A stretch of DNA of 64,000 bases, from assembly GCA_902785785.1 (NCBI GenBank), contig CADAAA010000006.1, positions 38,867-102,866 of the forward strand, written 5' to 3'. Source of the stretch: an uncultured Bacteroidia bacterium (GTDB taxonomy: Bacteria > Bacteroidota > Bacteroidia > Bacteroidales > UBA932). The translations under genes and the position numbers were made by a program. The notes beneath the pieces are model-generated. The model ran no database searches, was not told the DNA's origin, and saw only the letters and a list, made by a program, of their open reading frames with translations. Of this stretch, positions 1 through 9,792 are shown in pieces. Each line of letters opens with the position of its first letter. The stretch's first letter is position 1.

Positions 1-432
1 GTGGCAGATCCTGCCGCGGGCGCCGTCATCCTTGAGTTCGTCCGCCGCGGCGAGAGCATGCTCGAATGAGACGACGGCCCGGTACAGGGCATTGTTGGCC
101 AACTGGACCTTACCCAGCAGATACCAGGCATCAAGTCTATCTTCCCTGGGGCCCTTTTTCTCGAAATACTCTGCCGCCGCAGCCAGTCTGCCGGCATCTT
201 CCGACGGCACGAAGCCATATATCGCATCCTGCGCCCGCGCACTGAGGAGAGCATATTCCGCTTTCAGGCGCCGGGATCGCAATCCTGCCGCCTGAACGTC
301 ATCCAGCATGACAAGCGTGCTGTCCGGTGCACTCGACAGCAGGGCTTCGGCCTCTTGGAACGTCTTGCTGTACGGACAACAGCATGACATAATGCCTCCG
401 GTAAGTATCAGGATCAGAAACTCTTTTCTCAT
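1..432 (-). CDS. TPR-type lipoprotein/regulator N-terminal part (runs off window start)
   Basis: Manual translation from ATG at 432: MRKEFLILILTGGIMSCCCPYSKTFQEAEALLSSAPDSTLVML...EYALLSARAQD...AWYLLGKVQ, open to position 1. Resembles Bacteroidales TPR lipoproteins. Not in the ORF track because it is truncated. Confidence 0.7.
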   Translation of the reverse strand, partial: MRKEFLILILTGGIMSCCCPYSKTFQEAEALLSSAPDSTLVMLDDVQAAGLRSRRLKAEYALLSARAQDAIYGFVPSEDAGRLAAAAEYFEKKGPREDRLDAWYLLGKVQLANNALYRAVVSFEHALAAADELKDDGARGRICH

Positions 433-527
433 ATTGCAAATATATGAAAATCTTCTCTTCCCTTCTGCTCCTCCTCTTTGGCCGTGCGGGAGAAAAACAA
501 TATCTTTGTACTCAATTCACATGAAAT

Positions 528-1418
528 TTGAACATGGCTATTTGGATTGTACTGCCGATCCTGACCCTTCTGATGTTCGACCTGGGGTTGACCCTCAAGT
601 TCGAAGACTTCGGAAAAGTGTTCCGTTCCCCCTGGCCTATCGCGATCGCCCTGGTGGGACAATTGATCCTTCTCCCGCTGATTGCGCTCGGCCTCGCATG
701 GGCGTTCAAGCTTCCGCCGGTATTCTTCATCGGCCTCGTGCTCATCGCATGCTGCCCGGGAGGCAGCTCCTCCAACGTCTTTTCCAAACTGGCCGGAGGC
801 GACGTGGCGCTCTCCGTGACCCTCACGGCACTGAGCAGCGTAATCACGCTGTTCACCATTCCCGTCATCATGAGCCTGGCCACGACCATGGTCGGCCAGA
901 GCGTCGGGATCACGCTGCCCGTCGGCAACCTCATCAAGCAGAATCTGCTCCTGATGCTGGTCCCCGTCCTGCTGGGCATCGGCATGCATTACGCTTGGCC
1001 GAACGCAGCGGAGAAAACCGACAAGGTGCTCGGCAAGCTGGCGTTCCCGCTGCTGCTGGTCCTGATCACCGTTTTCTATATCCAGCATCACAAGACCATC
1101 ATCGACAATATCGGCATCCTGGGCGTATGCGTCACGGCTTTGATCCTTGTCGCCATCGGATGCTCCTCCCTCCTTTCCCGCCTGGTGAAGACCGGAGACA
1201 AGCAGCGCAGGACCGTGGTCATCGAGGTGGGTATGCAGAATGCCGCGCAGGCCATCGCCATCGCATCAAGTCCTTTCATCTTTGCCAATGAGGAAATGGC
1301 GATACCGGCCATCCTGTATTCCCTCATGATGAATATCGTCCTTCTCATCTACGTCGGAGTCCTTCGGAAACTGGACAAGAGACAGCTCGCTGAAGCGACG
1401 GAACCTATCTCACAATAA
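528..1418 (+). CDS. Bile acid:sodium symporter (BASS/SBF) family transporter
   Basis: Hydrophobic 296 aa; motifs CCPGGSSSNV, GDVALSVTLT, EVGMQNAAQA. Confidence 0.9.
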   Translation: MNMAIWIVLPILTLLMFDLGLTLKFEDFGKVFRSPWPIAIALVGQLILLPLIALGLAWAFKLPPVFFIGLVLIACCPGGSSSNVFSKLAGGDVALSVTLTALSSVITLFTIPVIMSLATTMVGQSVGITLPVGNLIKQNLLLMLVPVLLGIGMHYAWPNAAEKTDKVLGKLAFPLLLVLITVFYIQHHKTIIDNIGILGVCVTALILVAIGCSSLLSRLVKTGDKQRRTVVIEVGMQNAAQAIAIASSPFIFANEEMAIPAILYSLMMNIVLLIYVGVLRKLDKRQLAEATEPISQ

Positions 1419-1430
1419 ACCTTACTCCAA

Positions 1431-2534
1431 ATGGACCGCAGTGCTCAAATCATCCGGACAAGCGTCATCGGCATCGTAGCCAATGTGCTGCTGGCAGCGT
1501 TCAAGGCGGTTGTAGGCATCATCGCCAGCAGCGTAGCCATCGTAATGGACGCCGTGAACAATCTCAGTGACGCCCTCTCAAGCGTCATCACCATCATAGG
1601 AACGAAACTTTCCCAGCGTCCTGCGGACAGGGAGCACCCTTTCGGCTTCGGACGTATCGAGTATTTCAGCGCCATCATCATCGCGGTCATCGTCCTGTCC
1701 GCCGGTATCACGTCGCTCATCGAGTCCGTCAAGAAGATCTTCAACCCAACGGAACCTTCGTATGCGACGGCGACTCTGGTCGTCATCATCGTGGCGATCA
1801 TCGTCAAGCTGGTGCTCGGATATTATGTCAAGAAGAAAGGGCAGCAGCTCAAGAGCGACGCCCTGGTGGCTTCCGGTTCGGACGCGCTGTTCGATGCCAT
1901 CATCACAACGGCCACCCTTGTGTCAGCCGGCATCATGCTGATCTGGGGCTTCTCCCTGGACGGGATACTCGGAGCACTGATTTCGATCATTATCATCAAG
2001 GCCGGTATCGAGATGCTGGCCAACCCGGTCAACGAACTGCTCGGAGCCAGAGTATCGCCGGACCTCATCAAGGATATCAAGCACGAGATCATGGAGGTCG
2101 AAGGTGTGCGAGGCGTCTACGACATCATCCTGCACAACTACGGTCCGGACGTGATGATCGGCTCCCTGCACATCAGCGTCCTTGACTCGATGTCGGCTCA
2201 CGAGATCCACGGCCTTACCCGCAAGATCACGAACATGATGTTCGAACGGCACGGTATCATCATGACCGTCGGCATCTATGCCGTGGCCACTGGCGAGAAC
2301 CAGCGCGCCGAGCTTCAGAGCAAGGTGATGAAAGCCCTCGCCGCCCACAAGGAGCTCGTCCAGGTCCATGGGTTCTACTGTTCCGAAAAGGACGGGATGC
2401 TCTCCGTCGATGTCGTTCCGGACATCTCATGCCATGACGACGCCGCCTTGTGCCGCCTATTGACGGAAGAAGTCCAGGCGTTGGCGCCCGGACTTCATGT
2501 AAGTATCGTTATCGATCACAATTACAGCGAGTAA
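1431..2534 (+). CDS. Cation diffusion facilitator (CDF) family transporter
   Basis: DAVNNLSD, HPFGFGRIEY, DALFD motifs; C-terminal dimerisation domain (LHNYGP). Confidence 0.9.
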   Translation: MDRSAQIIRTSVIGIVANVLLAAFKAVVGIIASSVAIVMDAVNNLSDALSSVITIIGTKLSQRPADREHPFGFGRIEYFSAIIIAVIVLSAGITSLIESVKKIFNPTEPSYATATLVVIIVAIIVKLVLGYYVKKKGQQLKSDALVASGSDALFDAIITTATLVSAGIMLIWGFSLDGILGALISIIIIKAGIEMLANPVNELLGARVSPDLIKDIKHEIMEVEGVRGVYDIILHNYGPDVMIGSLHISVLDSMSAHEIHGLTRKITNMMFERHGIIMTVGIYAVATGENQRAELQSKVMKALAAHKELVQVHGFYCSEKDGMLSVDVVPDISCHDDAALCRLLTEEVQALAPGLHVSIVIDHNYSE

Positions 2535-2539
2535 ACCCG

Positions 2540-4486
2540 CTACTCTTCCTCATTCAGGTTGTACGCCTTGATCAGGTAGGATATCTCCGGATCGAGGTTG
2601 CCTCTGTGGACGAACGAAGGATCCTGGCCGCAGGCGCGCAGGTAGCGCGCGACGGCCTCTTCCTCGTTGCCCATCCTGGCGTTGAGGATGGCGATCAGAT
2701 AGTTCACCGGTGCTGAAGGGTACATCTTGGAGAGAATGTCCATTGCACTCCAGTCGCGGTCCAGTCCCATGTAGGCAATGGCGGTGTTGAAATCCTCATA
2801 CGGCCTGAGCAGGGCAAGGGCGGCGTCGTAATCCATGTTCAGCAGGGCGTTGACTCCGCGCATATAAGTGGAATCGAGGACTGTCGTGTGGATGGTATCC
2901 TTGACCATGTCCTTGCGGTGCATGTGGAAGTCGAACGCGACCGATCTCAGCCTAGGATAAAGCTTGTCACGCAGGTAGGGATAGAAGCGTTCCCGACCCA
3001 GCAGGGCCTCCCTGCCGTCAAGGTCGGGCACGCGGCGCAGCAGGTCATACCGCGACTTGTCGCCCTCGGTCAGGTAGTCGTCTCCGTCCACGAGGATGTC
3101 GAGGCGGTCCCAGTTCTCACCGCGGTAGCGGCTGAGGAACGGGATGCGGACGCGGTCCGCGCGGACCCTGCGGCCGGATTCGTCATAGTGGACCGCGCGG
3201 TCCAGCGAATCCTGCAGCACCTTGATCTGGTCGTCGAGATAGCGCGAGATGGCCTCGCTGCGGGCTCTGGAGAGCCTCCAGTTGAGGCTCTCGCGCCCCT
3301 CGGGCGAGGCGTATGCCGTGACTATGATGGAGTCCAGCAGATAGGTATCGTTCTGCAGCAATGCGGACAGCGTTTTGCGGATACGGCCAAGCTCCCTGCG
3401 GTTGTTGCCGAGTTCGAGGTCGATATTGCTCTTGCCCACCTTGAAGTCGATGTTGCTCGTGGTATTGGCGTCGGCGTGACGCTCGATGACCTTGGTCATG
3501 TAACGCTCGGTCTGGTCCGTAAGGCCGGATACTGAGCTGATGTAGAAGGTCAGGGGATCGCTCTCCGGGATGGCGTAGAGCTTCTTGTCCTGCTCGTAGA
3601 TATCGCCCGAGAGGACGATGTCTACCTTGCGCAGGCGCGGGCGCGTCGCGATGGTCTGGACATAGTTGTAGATGAAATCACCCTTCTTGTCCACCATCAC
3701 GGTGTCGAGGCGGATACCCTCGGTAACGATGGGCACCTTGACGTACTTGGCATACATCTCGTCCATCTTCTCCTTGCGGCGCTCGTTGATGCTGCGGGCG
3801 ATCTGGTTGGTGTAATGCTCGACGGCCTCACGCTCGGACACGCCGTACATCGTGTAGAACTGCTCGTCGGAGACGAAGGTGCTGTCCGTCTTGAAGGCGT
3901 ACAACTGGGGGATGTTGCGGCGCAGGAATATCTCAAGCGCCCTCATGTTCACAAAACGCGTCGTGTCCTCGACGATGCGGGACAGGAAGCGCTCGTACTG
4001 CTGGTAGCCCCTGAGCTGGGCCTTGCGGTAGGAGTTGCCGGTGATGACCACTGGCTCCAGACGCTCCACGTCGCCCAGCATGTACATGTCGGGGTAGAAG
4101 CGGAGCTGCCATTTGCTGTCCTGCATCGCAGCTGGGACAATGATCTGGAACGCAAGGTCGACCTTGCCGTGACGCTCCGCGATATTGCGGAAACGGGCGG
4201 TGACAATGGCAGCGTCCAAAGTCTCGGTCGCCACCATGTCTCCGGTCTCCTCGTCGCGGAAAGCCTTCATGATCATCAGCTCGCGTCCGTCGTCATCCTT
4301 GATCCTCAGGGTGTCGCGCATGGTCTGCACCTGCTTAACCTCCGGGACATAGACGTCCTTCCCGAGGACGAGGGAAGCCGCGGGATTGCCGCTCTTGATG
4401 GCAGAGAGCTTCCTCTGTGAGCCACACGAATAGGTCAGCGCAAAGACCGCGATGGCTCCTATGATAACTGCTGTCTTGACTTTCAT
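2540..4486 (-). CDS. Lipoprotein with OmpA-like (YASPEG) domain and C-terminal TPR-like helices; usual partner of DUF3575
   Basis: Lipobox LTYSC; F.VGKS.ID...N..EL and TAYASPEG..LN.RLS..R OmpA-like pattern; abuts the DUF3575 gene. Confidence 0.7.
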   Translation of the reverse strand: MKVKTAVIIGAIAVFALTYSCGSQRKLSAIKSGNPAASLVLGKDVYVPEVKQVQTMRDTLRIKDDDGRELMIMKAFRDEETGDMVATETLDAAIVTARFRNIAERHGKVDLAFQIIVPAAMQDSKWQLRFYPDMYMLGDVERLEPVVITGNSYRKAQLRGYQQYERFLSRIVEDTTRFVNMRALEIFLRRNIPQLYAFKTDSTFVSDEQFYTMYGVSEREAVEHYTNQIARSINERRKEKMDEMYAKYVKVPIVTEGIRLDTVMVDKKGDFIYNYVQTIATRPRLRKVDIVLSGDIYEQDKKLYAIPESDPLTFYISSVSGLTDQTERYMTKVIERHADANTTSNIDFKVGKSNIDLELGNNRRELGRIRKTLSALLQNDTYLLDSIIVTAYASPEGRESLNWRLSRARSEAISRYLDDQIKVLQDSLDRAVHYDESGRRVRADRVRIPFLSRYRGENWDRLDILVDGDDYLTEGDKSRYDLLRRVPDLDGREALLGRERFYPYLRDKLYPRLRSVAFDFHMHRKDMVKDTIHTTVLDSTYMRGVNALLNMDYDAALALLRPYEDFNTAIAYMGLDRDWSAMDILSKMYPSAPVNYLIAILNARMGNEEEAVARYLRACGQDPSFVHRGNLDPEISYLIKAYNLNEEE

Positions 4487-5053
4487 CTAGAAAACGTATG
4501 CAAAGCTGAGTGATACCTGGTCGGGATAGATGAACTTCTTGCGGCCCTCCTCCCTGACGAAATTCTTTTCCGGGCTGGCGTAGAACCCGTATTCCTTGAA
4601 CACTCCGGCCCATCCGCCAACTCCGACCTCGAGGTTGAAGTGCTTGGAGAGCATGAAGGTATAGCCGGCGGAAAGCGCGCCGCCCCAGCCGTTCCGGCCT
4701 TCCTTGAGCGCGGCCCGCCAGATGCCGGTGTTGGAGAAGGAATGCATGTACTGCGCCTTGGCGGAGATCCAGAAACCGGAATTGACATACCATGGCCAGT
4801 AGCGGAATCCGAGGTATGCGGTCTTCTGCTGGTTGCGGACGATGGCCTCGGGATCATGCGTGGTGAACTCCCAGGGATTGTAGCGGCCGCCCGCGACCAG
4901 GGAGAAATGCTGCGAGACGGACAGGCCCACCTCGGCATTGACGGTGCCGAGTGCGGCCCAGTCCAGGACATTGGTATGTATCGTCCAGATCTGGGCGGAG
5001 GAGGTCAGGGGCAGGATCAGCCCCAGGACCCCTATTAGCAATAGCCTTTTCAT
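4487..5053 (-). CDS. DUF3575 outer-membrane beta-barrel protein
   Basis: Start reassigned to MKRLLLIG (5053); TNVLDWAALGTVNAEVG, YNPW, GYTFML...NLEVGVG, C-terminal AYVF. Confidence 0.85.
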   Translation of the reverse strand: MKRLLLIGVLGLILPLTSSAQIWTIHTNVLDWAALGTVNAEVGLSVSQHFSLVAGGRYNPWEFTTHDPEAIVRNQQKTAYLGFRYWPWYVNSGFWISAKAQYMHSFSNTGIWRAALKEGRNGWGGALSAGYTFMLSKHFNLEVGVGGWAGVFKEYGFYASPEKNFVREEGRKKFIYPDQVSLSFAYVF

Positions 5054-5066
5054 CTTGCGCCCTCCA

Positions 5067-6056
5067 TTATTCGCCGGAACCTTCCTCGCTTTCGCGTTTC
5101 GCGAAATTGATGACGCGCACTGTCGAACGGCCGTTGCCGTCATTGACGGTGATGTAGATGTAGCCTCCCTCAGGGAATACCGCCGGGCAGATGACATCGA
5201 CGAAGCCCTGGGTTGCCGAGGTGCGGCGGAGGGCTGTCTTGAAGCGGCCGTCGGTACCGGCGACCACCATGGCGCGGTCAGCGCCCGTACCGGTCACGGT
5301 GTATGCGATGGACACAGTGTCGCCGGGAGCGATGGCGACAGTGTCCCCGATGGCGCTCCCGCCGACGGTCAAGGCAAGCTCGACGGGCAGGAAACGCTGG
5401 AGGGAAATGACAGTGCTGTCAGCAGCCAGCGTGAGCTCGATATGGTCATCGAAGACTTTCGCGTCGGAGAATATCTCCTTGGCATTGTCTCCCTTGGCTT
5501 TCCACTCGGTTTCTTCCCAAGTCTCGCCTCCGTCCCAGGAAATGATCCAATAGCCGTCCTTGATGTCCAGCTGGGGGGTCTTACCTTCTTCGCCGTCCTT
5601 GCCGTCCACGAGGAAACGGCTGCCGTCCAGGGCGTACATCCAGTCGTCCGCCTGGACGTCATACCAGTACCAGCGGCCGTCGGTCTCGTCCCTCATCGCG
5701 CTCAGGAGGAAAGGCTCGGCATCTTTGCCGTCCTTGCCGTCAACACCGCTGAGAAGGGTAATGGAATAGCTGTCATCCACCGTTCCGTCAGGGCTGACGG
5801 TACGGAAAGAAAGCGTATATCCGCCGTGGACTTCGTCCTGATACTCATTGACATCGACGATGTAACCATTGGATGCCATCTGCTGGACTAATGCCTGAAG
5901 GTCAACGAGTTTCTCGTTCATGTCCTTGACCTGGCGGTAAAGGATGTCTATCTCATTCTGCATGGTTATCAGCTCGTCCCTGACGAACTTTCCGCAGCCG
6001 CTCGTCATAAGGGCGGCTACCATGATGCCTGCTACGATATATTTTTTCATTTTCAT
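5067..6056 (-). CDS. DUF4988/PL29-N-terminal-domain lipoprotein
   Basis: Lipobox TSGC, N-terminal coiled coil, GYTLSF, GKDGKD collagen-like triplets, WYW, DGYWIISWDGG. Confidence 0.75.
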   Translation of the reverse strand: MKMKKYIVAGIMVAALMTSGCGKFVRDELITMQNEIDILYRQVKDMNEKLVDLQALVQQMASNGYIVDVNEYQDEVHGGYTLSFRTVSPDGTVDDSYSITLLSGVDGKDGKDAEPFLLSAMRDETDGRWYWYDVQADDWMYALDGSRFLVDGKDGEEGKTPQLDIKDGYWIISWDGGETWEETEWKAKGDNAKEIFSDAKVFDDHIELTLAADSTVISLQRFLPVELALTVGGSAIGDTVAIAPGDTVSIAYTVTGTGADRAMVVAGTDGRFKTALRRTSATQGFVDVICPAVFPEGGYIYITVNDGNGRSTVRVINFAKRESEEGSGE

Positions 6057-6076
6057 TGTATTTTCCTGGTTGATGA

Positions 6077-7642
6077 TTATTCTTCTGCGGCTTTTCCTGC
6101 CTGGATTATGGTGATAGCGGCCACGATAGTACCGATGGATACTTTAATTCTCTCATCCTTAACTATCTTACCGCTATCATCCGTTTCTATGACAGTGGCT
6201 CGTCTTGATTCTGAATCATTAGCTTCCACATGGATTTTCAGCTCGTTATAGAAACTGCCGGGGACAAGCTCAGACTTGAACCATTCAAGGTCGGGGCTTT
6301 CCTTTACGACCTCCCTTCCGGTGTTTATCCAGATCACAGCATCTCCACCTTCGGCCGGAGCGTAAAGAGTCAGTCTATCAACATCCGTCTGAACCAACGA
6401 GAAACCATCTGCCAGATCATCGTCGTCAAAAGATACGGACTTATCGGCCTCGGAGGCTTGCATGACCACGAAGGTCGTGCAGACAAAGTCGGGGTTGTCC
6501 GTCGGGGAGACCTTGACCGTACAGGTCCTGACAGTATCGGTGGTGTTGGGCTTGGACATGAAGATCAGCGAATCCTTGGAAGTGTTCTGCGCCATATCCA
6601 GCCAGTCGCCTTCCCAGGAAACCTTGAACGCGAAATTGGGCAAGTAGGCGACGGACAGGGTATCGCTCCCGCTGGCCATGCGGACCTTGATGGTATCGGC
6701 CGCGGGAGAGATTTTCCTTTCCTTGAACGAAATCATCTTGACCGCAGAATAGCCGTCGCAGACTGCCGAGAGCAGGATGTAGCCTTCGGAGAATACTGCC
6801 GGGGCCTGGACCAATGCAGTGCCTTTTCCGGGCTCCGAGCCAGCCACAAGCCTGGAGGAATAGATTCCGTCCGTGCCCGCAGTGACTACAACGGACCCGG
6901 CGTCAGCGCCTTCCACCGTCACTTCGTAAGGGACCGGCAGAAGCTCTCCGGCAGCGATCAGGAGAGTGTCCATGGGCTGGCCGGCGAAGGAGACCTTAAG
7001 GGATGTCATTCGGGGAATCTCCAGGGCGGTCCCGTCCAGGAGTTTAAGGACAATCTTGGCGGGATCCGACGTGTCAATTCCGGAAAATACGCCCACGCCG
7101 TCCAGTTCCTCGCAGCTCGCAAGCTTGTCGAAGGTCTTGCCGCCGTCATGGGATATCCACCAGAAACCGTCTTCGACCTTCACCTGCGGGGCGATGCCGT
7201 CAACGCCGTCGACTCCGTCGGTGGCTCCGGCGCGCATCTTGTTCCCCTCATCGTCCAGCCACCACTCTCCGTCGACAGTCCAGTAGTACAGGCTGTCCGT
7301 GTCCTGCAATACTCCTATCGGGATGAGTGTACGGCCGTCTTTGCCGTCCTTGCCGTAGGCGATGAATACTTTCTTGCCGTCCTTGAAAGAGACTTCGTAA
7401 CCGTCCTCCGTCTCTTTCAACGTACCGGGCTCGATGGTGTGGGTGGTGTCCAACTTGGAGACGATCAGGTCCAGTGTCTGCAAGTTCGTGTTGACAGAAT
7501 CGACCAGCGCCTGTAGCTCAGCCAGCTTGGCGTGGGTTTCAGCCAGTTCGTCCTGAACCATGCCCGTACAGCCGCACAGCATGGCAAGGAGAACCAGCAG
7601 GGCACCCGTGACCCCTGCTTTGAATCTTCTTCGCATAATCAA
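6077..7642 (-). CDS. DUF4988/PL29-N-terminal-domain lipoprotein with BACON-like C-terminal modules
   Basis: Lipobox LCGC, coiled coil, GKDGKDG, YYWTVDGEW, DGFWWISHDGG; paralog of the adjacent gene. Confidence 0.75.
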   Translation of the reverse strand: MIMRRRFKAGVTGALLVLLAMLCGCTGMVQDELAETHAKLAELQALVDSVNTNLQTLDLIVSKLDTTHTIEPGTLKETEDGYEVSFKDGKKVFIAYGKDGKDGRTLIPIGVLQDTDSLYYWTVDGEWWLDDEGNKMRAGATDGVDGVDGIAPQVKVEDGFWWISHDGGKTFDKLASCEELDGVGVFSGIDTSDPAKIVLKLLDGTALEIPRMTSLKVSFAGQPMDTLLIAAGELLPVPYEVTVEGADAGSVVVTAGTDGIYSSRLVAGSEPGKGTALVQAPAVFSEGYILLSAVCDGYSAVKMISFKERKISPAADTIKVRMASGSDTLSVAYLPNFAFKVSWEGDWLDMAQNTSKDSLIFMSKPNTTDTVRTCTVKVSPTDNPDFVCTTFVVMQASEADKSVSFDDDDLADGFSLVQTDVDRLTLYAPAEGGDAVIWINTGREVVKESPDLEWFKSELVPGSFYNELKIHVEANDSESRRATVIETDDSGKIVKDERIKVSIGTIVAAITIIQAGKAAEE

Positions 7643-7693
7643 AAGAAAAAGGAATATTAAACAAATATAGTCCTTTTTTCCTGCCCATGCAAC

Positions 7694-7731
7694 AAAAAAA
7701 CGTGGTGCAACCCGTTTCCTGGATGCACCAC
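7694..7731 (-). terminator. Intrinsic terminator
   Basis: GTGGTGCA/TGCACCAC stem followed by a T7 run on the minus strand, downstream of 7770-8393. Confidence 0.7.
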
Positions 7732-7769
7732 ATTGTAAAAACCATTAACCCTATAACCTTTGCAACAGT

Positions 7770-8393
7770 CTAGAAGCCGAAGCCGCCGCCACCGGGGAAT
7801 CCTCCGCCGAAGCCACCGCCGCCGGGCATTCCACCACCGAAACCACCACCGGGCATTCCGCCGCCGAAGCCGCCCATGCCGCTGAACTGGCGCTCCATCT
7901 GGAGCTCCTGCTCCCTCTGGTAGTGTTTCTTGGCCTTCTTCCACTTCTTCATCTGCTTTTTGTCAAGTATGCTTGCGAGATCATCCTCGTATGCGGTCTG
8001 ATTGTCCTCGATCTGGGCCATCATGTCCTGCATCTGGTTCATCATGGACATCATCTGGTCGCGGTCTTCCTGGGTCATGTTGCCCATGTTGAAGCCACCT
8101 GCACCGCCGGCAGGACGGTTGGCGGCAGCGTTCTTCATGGCCTCCTCAGCCTCCGGAGGGAGGATGACGGGATAAGACACCTTGCCGAGATACTTCTTGT
8201 TGAGGTCGAGGAGCTTTGCAGCCTGATCCTCATTGAGAGCGTACTGAGCGACCATGCTCTGGGTCTCCGCTACTATGGTCTCCTCGGGGAGATCCTGCAT
8301 GCCGGGCATCTGCATGCCGCCGGGCATTCCGGGCATCTGCGCAAAAGCGACGAAAGGAAGCGCAGCCAAAACGATAACCAATAACTTTTTCAT
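7770..8393 (-). CDS. Secreted Gly/Met-rich helical protein (possibly Spy/CpxP-like)
   Basis: Signal peptide MKKLLVIVLAALPFVAFA; L..DQ and L...Q helical motifs; GGGFGGGMP repeats at the C-terminus. Confidence 0.6.
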   Translation of the reverse strand: MKKLLVIVLAALPFVAFAQMPGMPGGMQMPGMQDLPEETIVAETQSMVAQYALNEDQAAKLLDLNKKYLGKVSYPVILPPEAEEAMKNAAANRPAGGAGGFNMGNMTQEDRDQMMSMMNQMQDMMAQIEDNQTAYEDDLASILDKKQMKKWKKAKKHYQREQELQMERQFSGMGGFGGGMPGGGFGGGMPGGGGFGGGFPGGGGFGF

Positions 8394-8505
8394 GATAACG
8401 TGAGTTTTAATTTGATTTCCAAAACAATGTCCGGCGTTCATCGCACCGGACATTATTAAGACAGTATGTACTCACGCAGGTTTAAAACCTTGCAGGAAAG
8501 TTTTT

Positions 8506-9786
8506 TTATCGCTTGTATCCTTCGAGGTTGGCCTTGACCCTCTCCCACTTGTAATACGGGCCGTAGTCGGTCTCGAGGCCGCGGAGGAGCTTCTCCTGCT
8601 CCTGATAGAGGAACTTCACGAGAACGTCGCCGGACTTGTTGCGGTAGAAGATGATCTGGAGATTGCTGGCCATGGGGATATTCCAGAAACCGAGCCATCT
8701 GTCGCAGATCTGGTCGGCGGGGATGCGCTCGCCCACTCCCTCGATGCCGAGGTAGCTCACCAGGGCCATCAGAGGATAGTCATGGCCGAAACGGAGGTCC
8801 GCGCAGTAAGCTCCGGTGGCGATGCACTCGTCGGCCTTGGCCACGATGTCTTCGACACAGGACTTGGCCATGGGTACACGGGCGTCACCGGCCTCGACGG
8901 AGTTGCAGTGGCCGGTGTAGAGCATGATGTTGCTCTGGGCCCAGCGCTTGTAGAGCGCGTCGAAAGGCAGGAAACGGAAGAGATTGTCCTCGATGTCGAA
9001 GTCTTCGGAAATGATGGCTGTATTCCAGAGGTTCTCGGTCAGACTGCGGGCGCTCTTGACGAAAGTACGCGCCTTGGGCACGTCGGTGAAGACGCGGGTG
9101 AGCACGCCGAGGGTATCGTCCGGCAGGCTGCGGAGCGCCTCCATGGCGGGACGCATCGCCGGGCCGGCCTTCTGCTGCCAGCCGTGCTCGTTGTCGAGAT
9201 AATCCATGAACTTCTCGCCGGTGTCGAGGTAGAAGTACAGCTTGGGATTCTGGCGAGTGAGCGATGTAGTGAAGGCGTTCATGCTGATGAGGCAGCGCTG
9301 GACGGTGCTGCCGAAGGCGCGCACTTTCTTATCGCCCTTGAAGACTTCGGGATAACGCTTGAACATGCGCTCCGCGATGGCGGTGTGCTCGCGGACGCCC
9401 TTCTGCGAGAGGCGTCCGTCCATGCCGTCGTAAGACGCGAGGACGCGGCGCGCGGCGACCAGCAGCGAGTCTCCGCCGGGGGTGAGAATGCCCATCCTCT
9501 GGCCCTGCTCAAGGGTTGAGATCAGGTCCTCATAGGCCTTGCCGCCCCAGTTGGAGCGTGAGCCGTGACGGCCGTAATGGCTGATATAGAAGGGTTTGTA
9601 CCCCTTCGGGGGCTTGGTGTCACGGATCTCGTGGAATTCGTAGGAATTGGTGTTGTTTCCTGCGCGGGAAGGATCCTCCATGAGGGCGCGCACGGCGGCC
9701 TCGGAGCGGTGCGGCTGCGCAAATGCAGCTGCCGTTCCAAGCAGCAGCGCCGCAATGATGATAGTTCGTTTGTTCATGGTATTCAT
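8506..9786 (-). CDS. Histidine acid phosphatase family protein (phytase/Minpp-like)
   Basis: Signal peptide; catalytic SHYGRHGSR and RFGHD motifs. Confidence 0.85.
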   Translation of the reverse strand: MNTMNKRTIIIAALLLGTAAAFAQPHRSEAAVRALMEDPSRAGNNTNSYEFHEIRDTKPPKGYKPFYISHYGRHGSRSNWGGKAYEDLISTLEQGQRMGILTPGGDSLLVAARRVLASYDGMDGRLSQKGVREHTAIAERMFKRYPEVFKGDKKVRAFGSTVQRCLISMNAFTTSLTRQNPKLYFYLDTGEKFMDYLDNEHGWQQKAGPAMRPAMEALRSLPDDTLGVLTRVFTDVPKARTFVKSARSLTENLWNTAIISEDFDIEDNLFRFLPFDALYKRWAQSNIMLYTGHCNSVEAGDARVPMAKSCVEDIVAKADECIATGAYCADLRFGHDYPLMALVSYLGIEGVGERIPADQICDRWLGFWNIPMASNLQIIFYRNKSGDVLVKFLYQEQEKLLRGLETDYGPYYKWERVKANLEGYKR

Positions 9787-9792
9787 AAAGTG

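Noticed and set aside
308-1291. 327 aa alternate-frame ORF overlapping the BASS gene
   Set aside because: Arg/Pro-rich off-frame translation; the 528-1418 frame has clear family motifs.
8426-8454. AATGTCCGG/CCGGACATT hairpin in a 5-prime UTR as a riboswitch
   Set aside because: A single 9 bp stem with no recognisable aptamer consensus.
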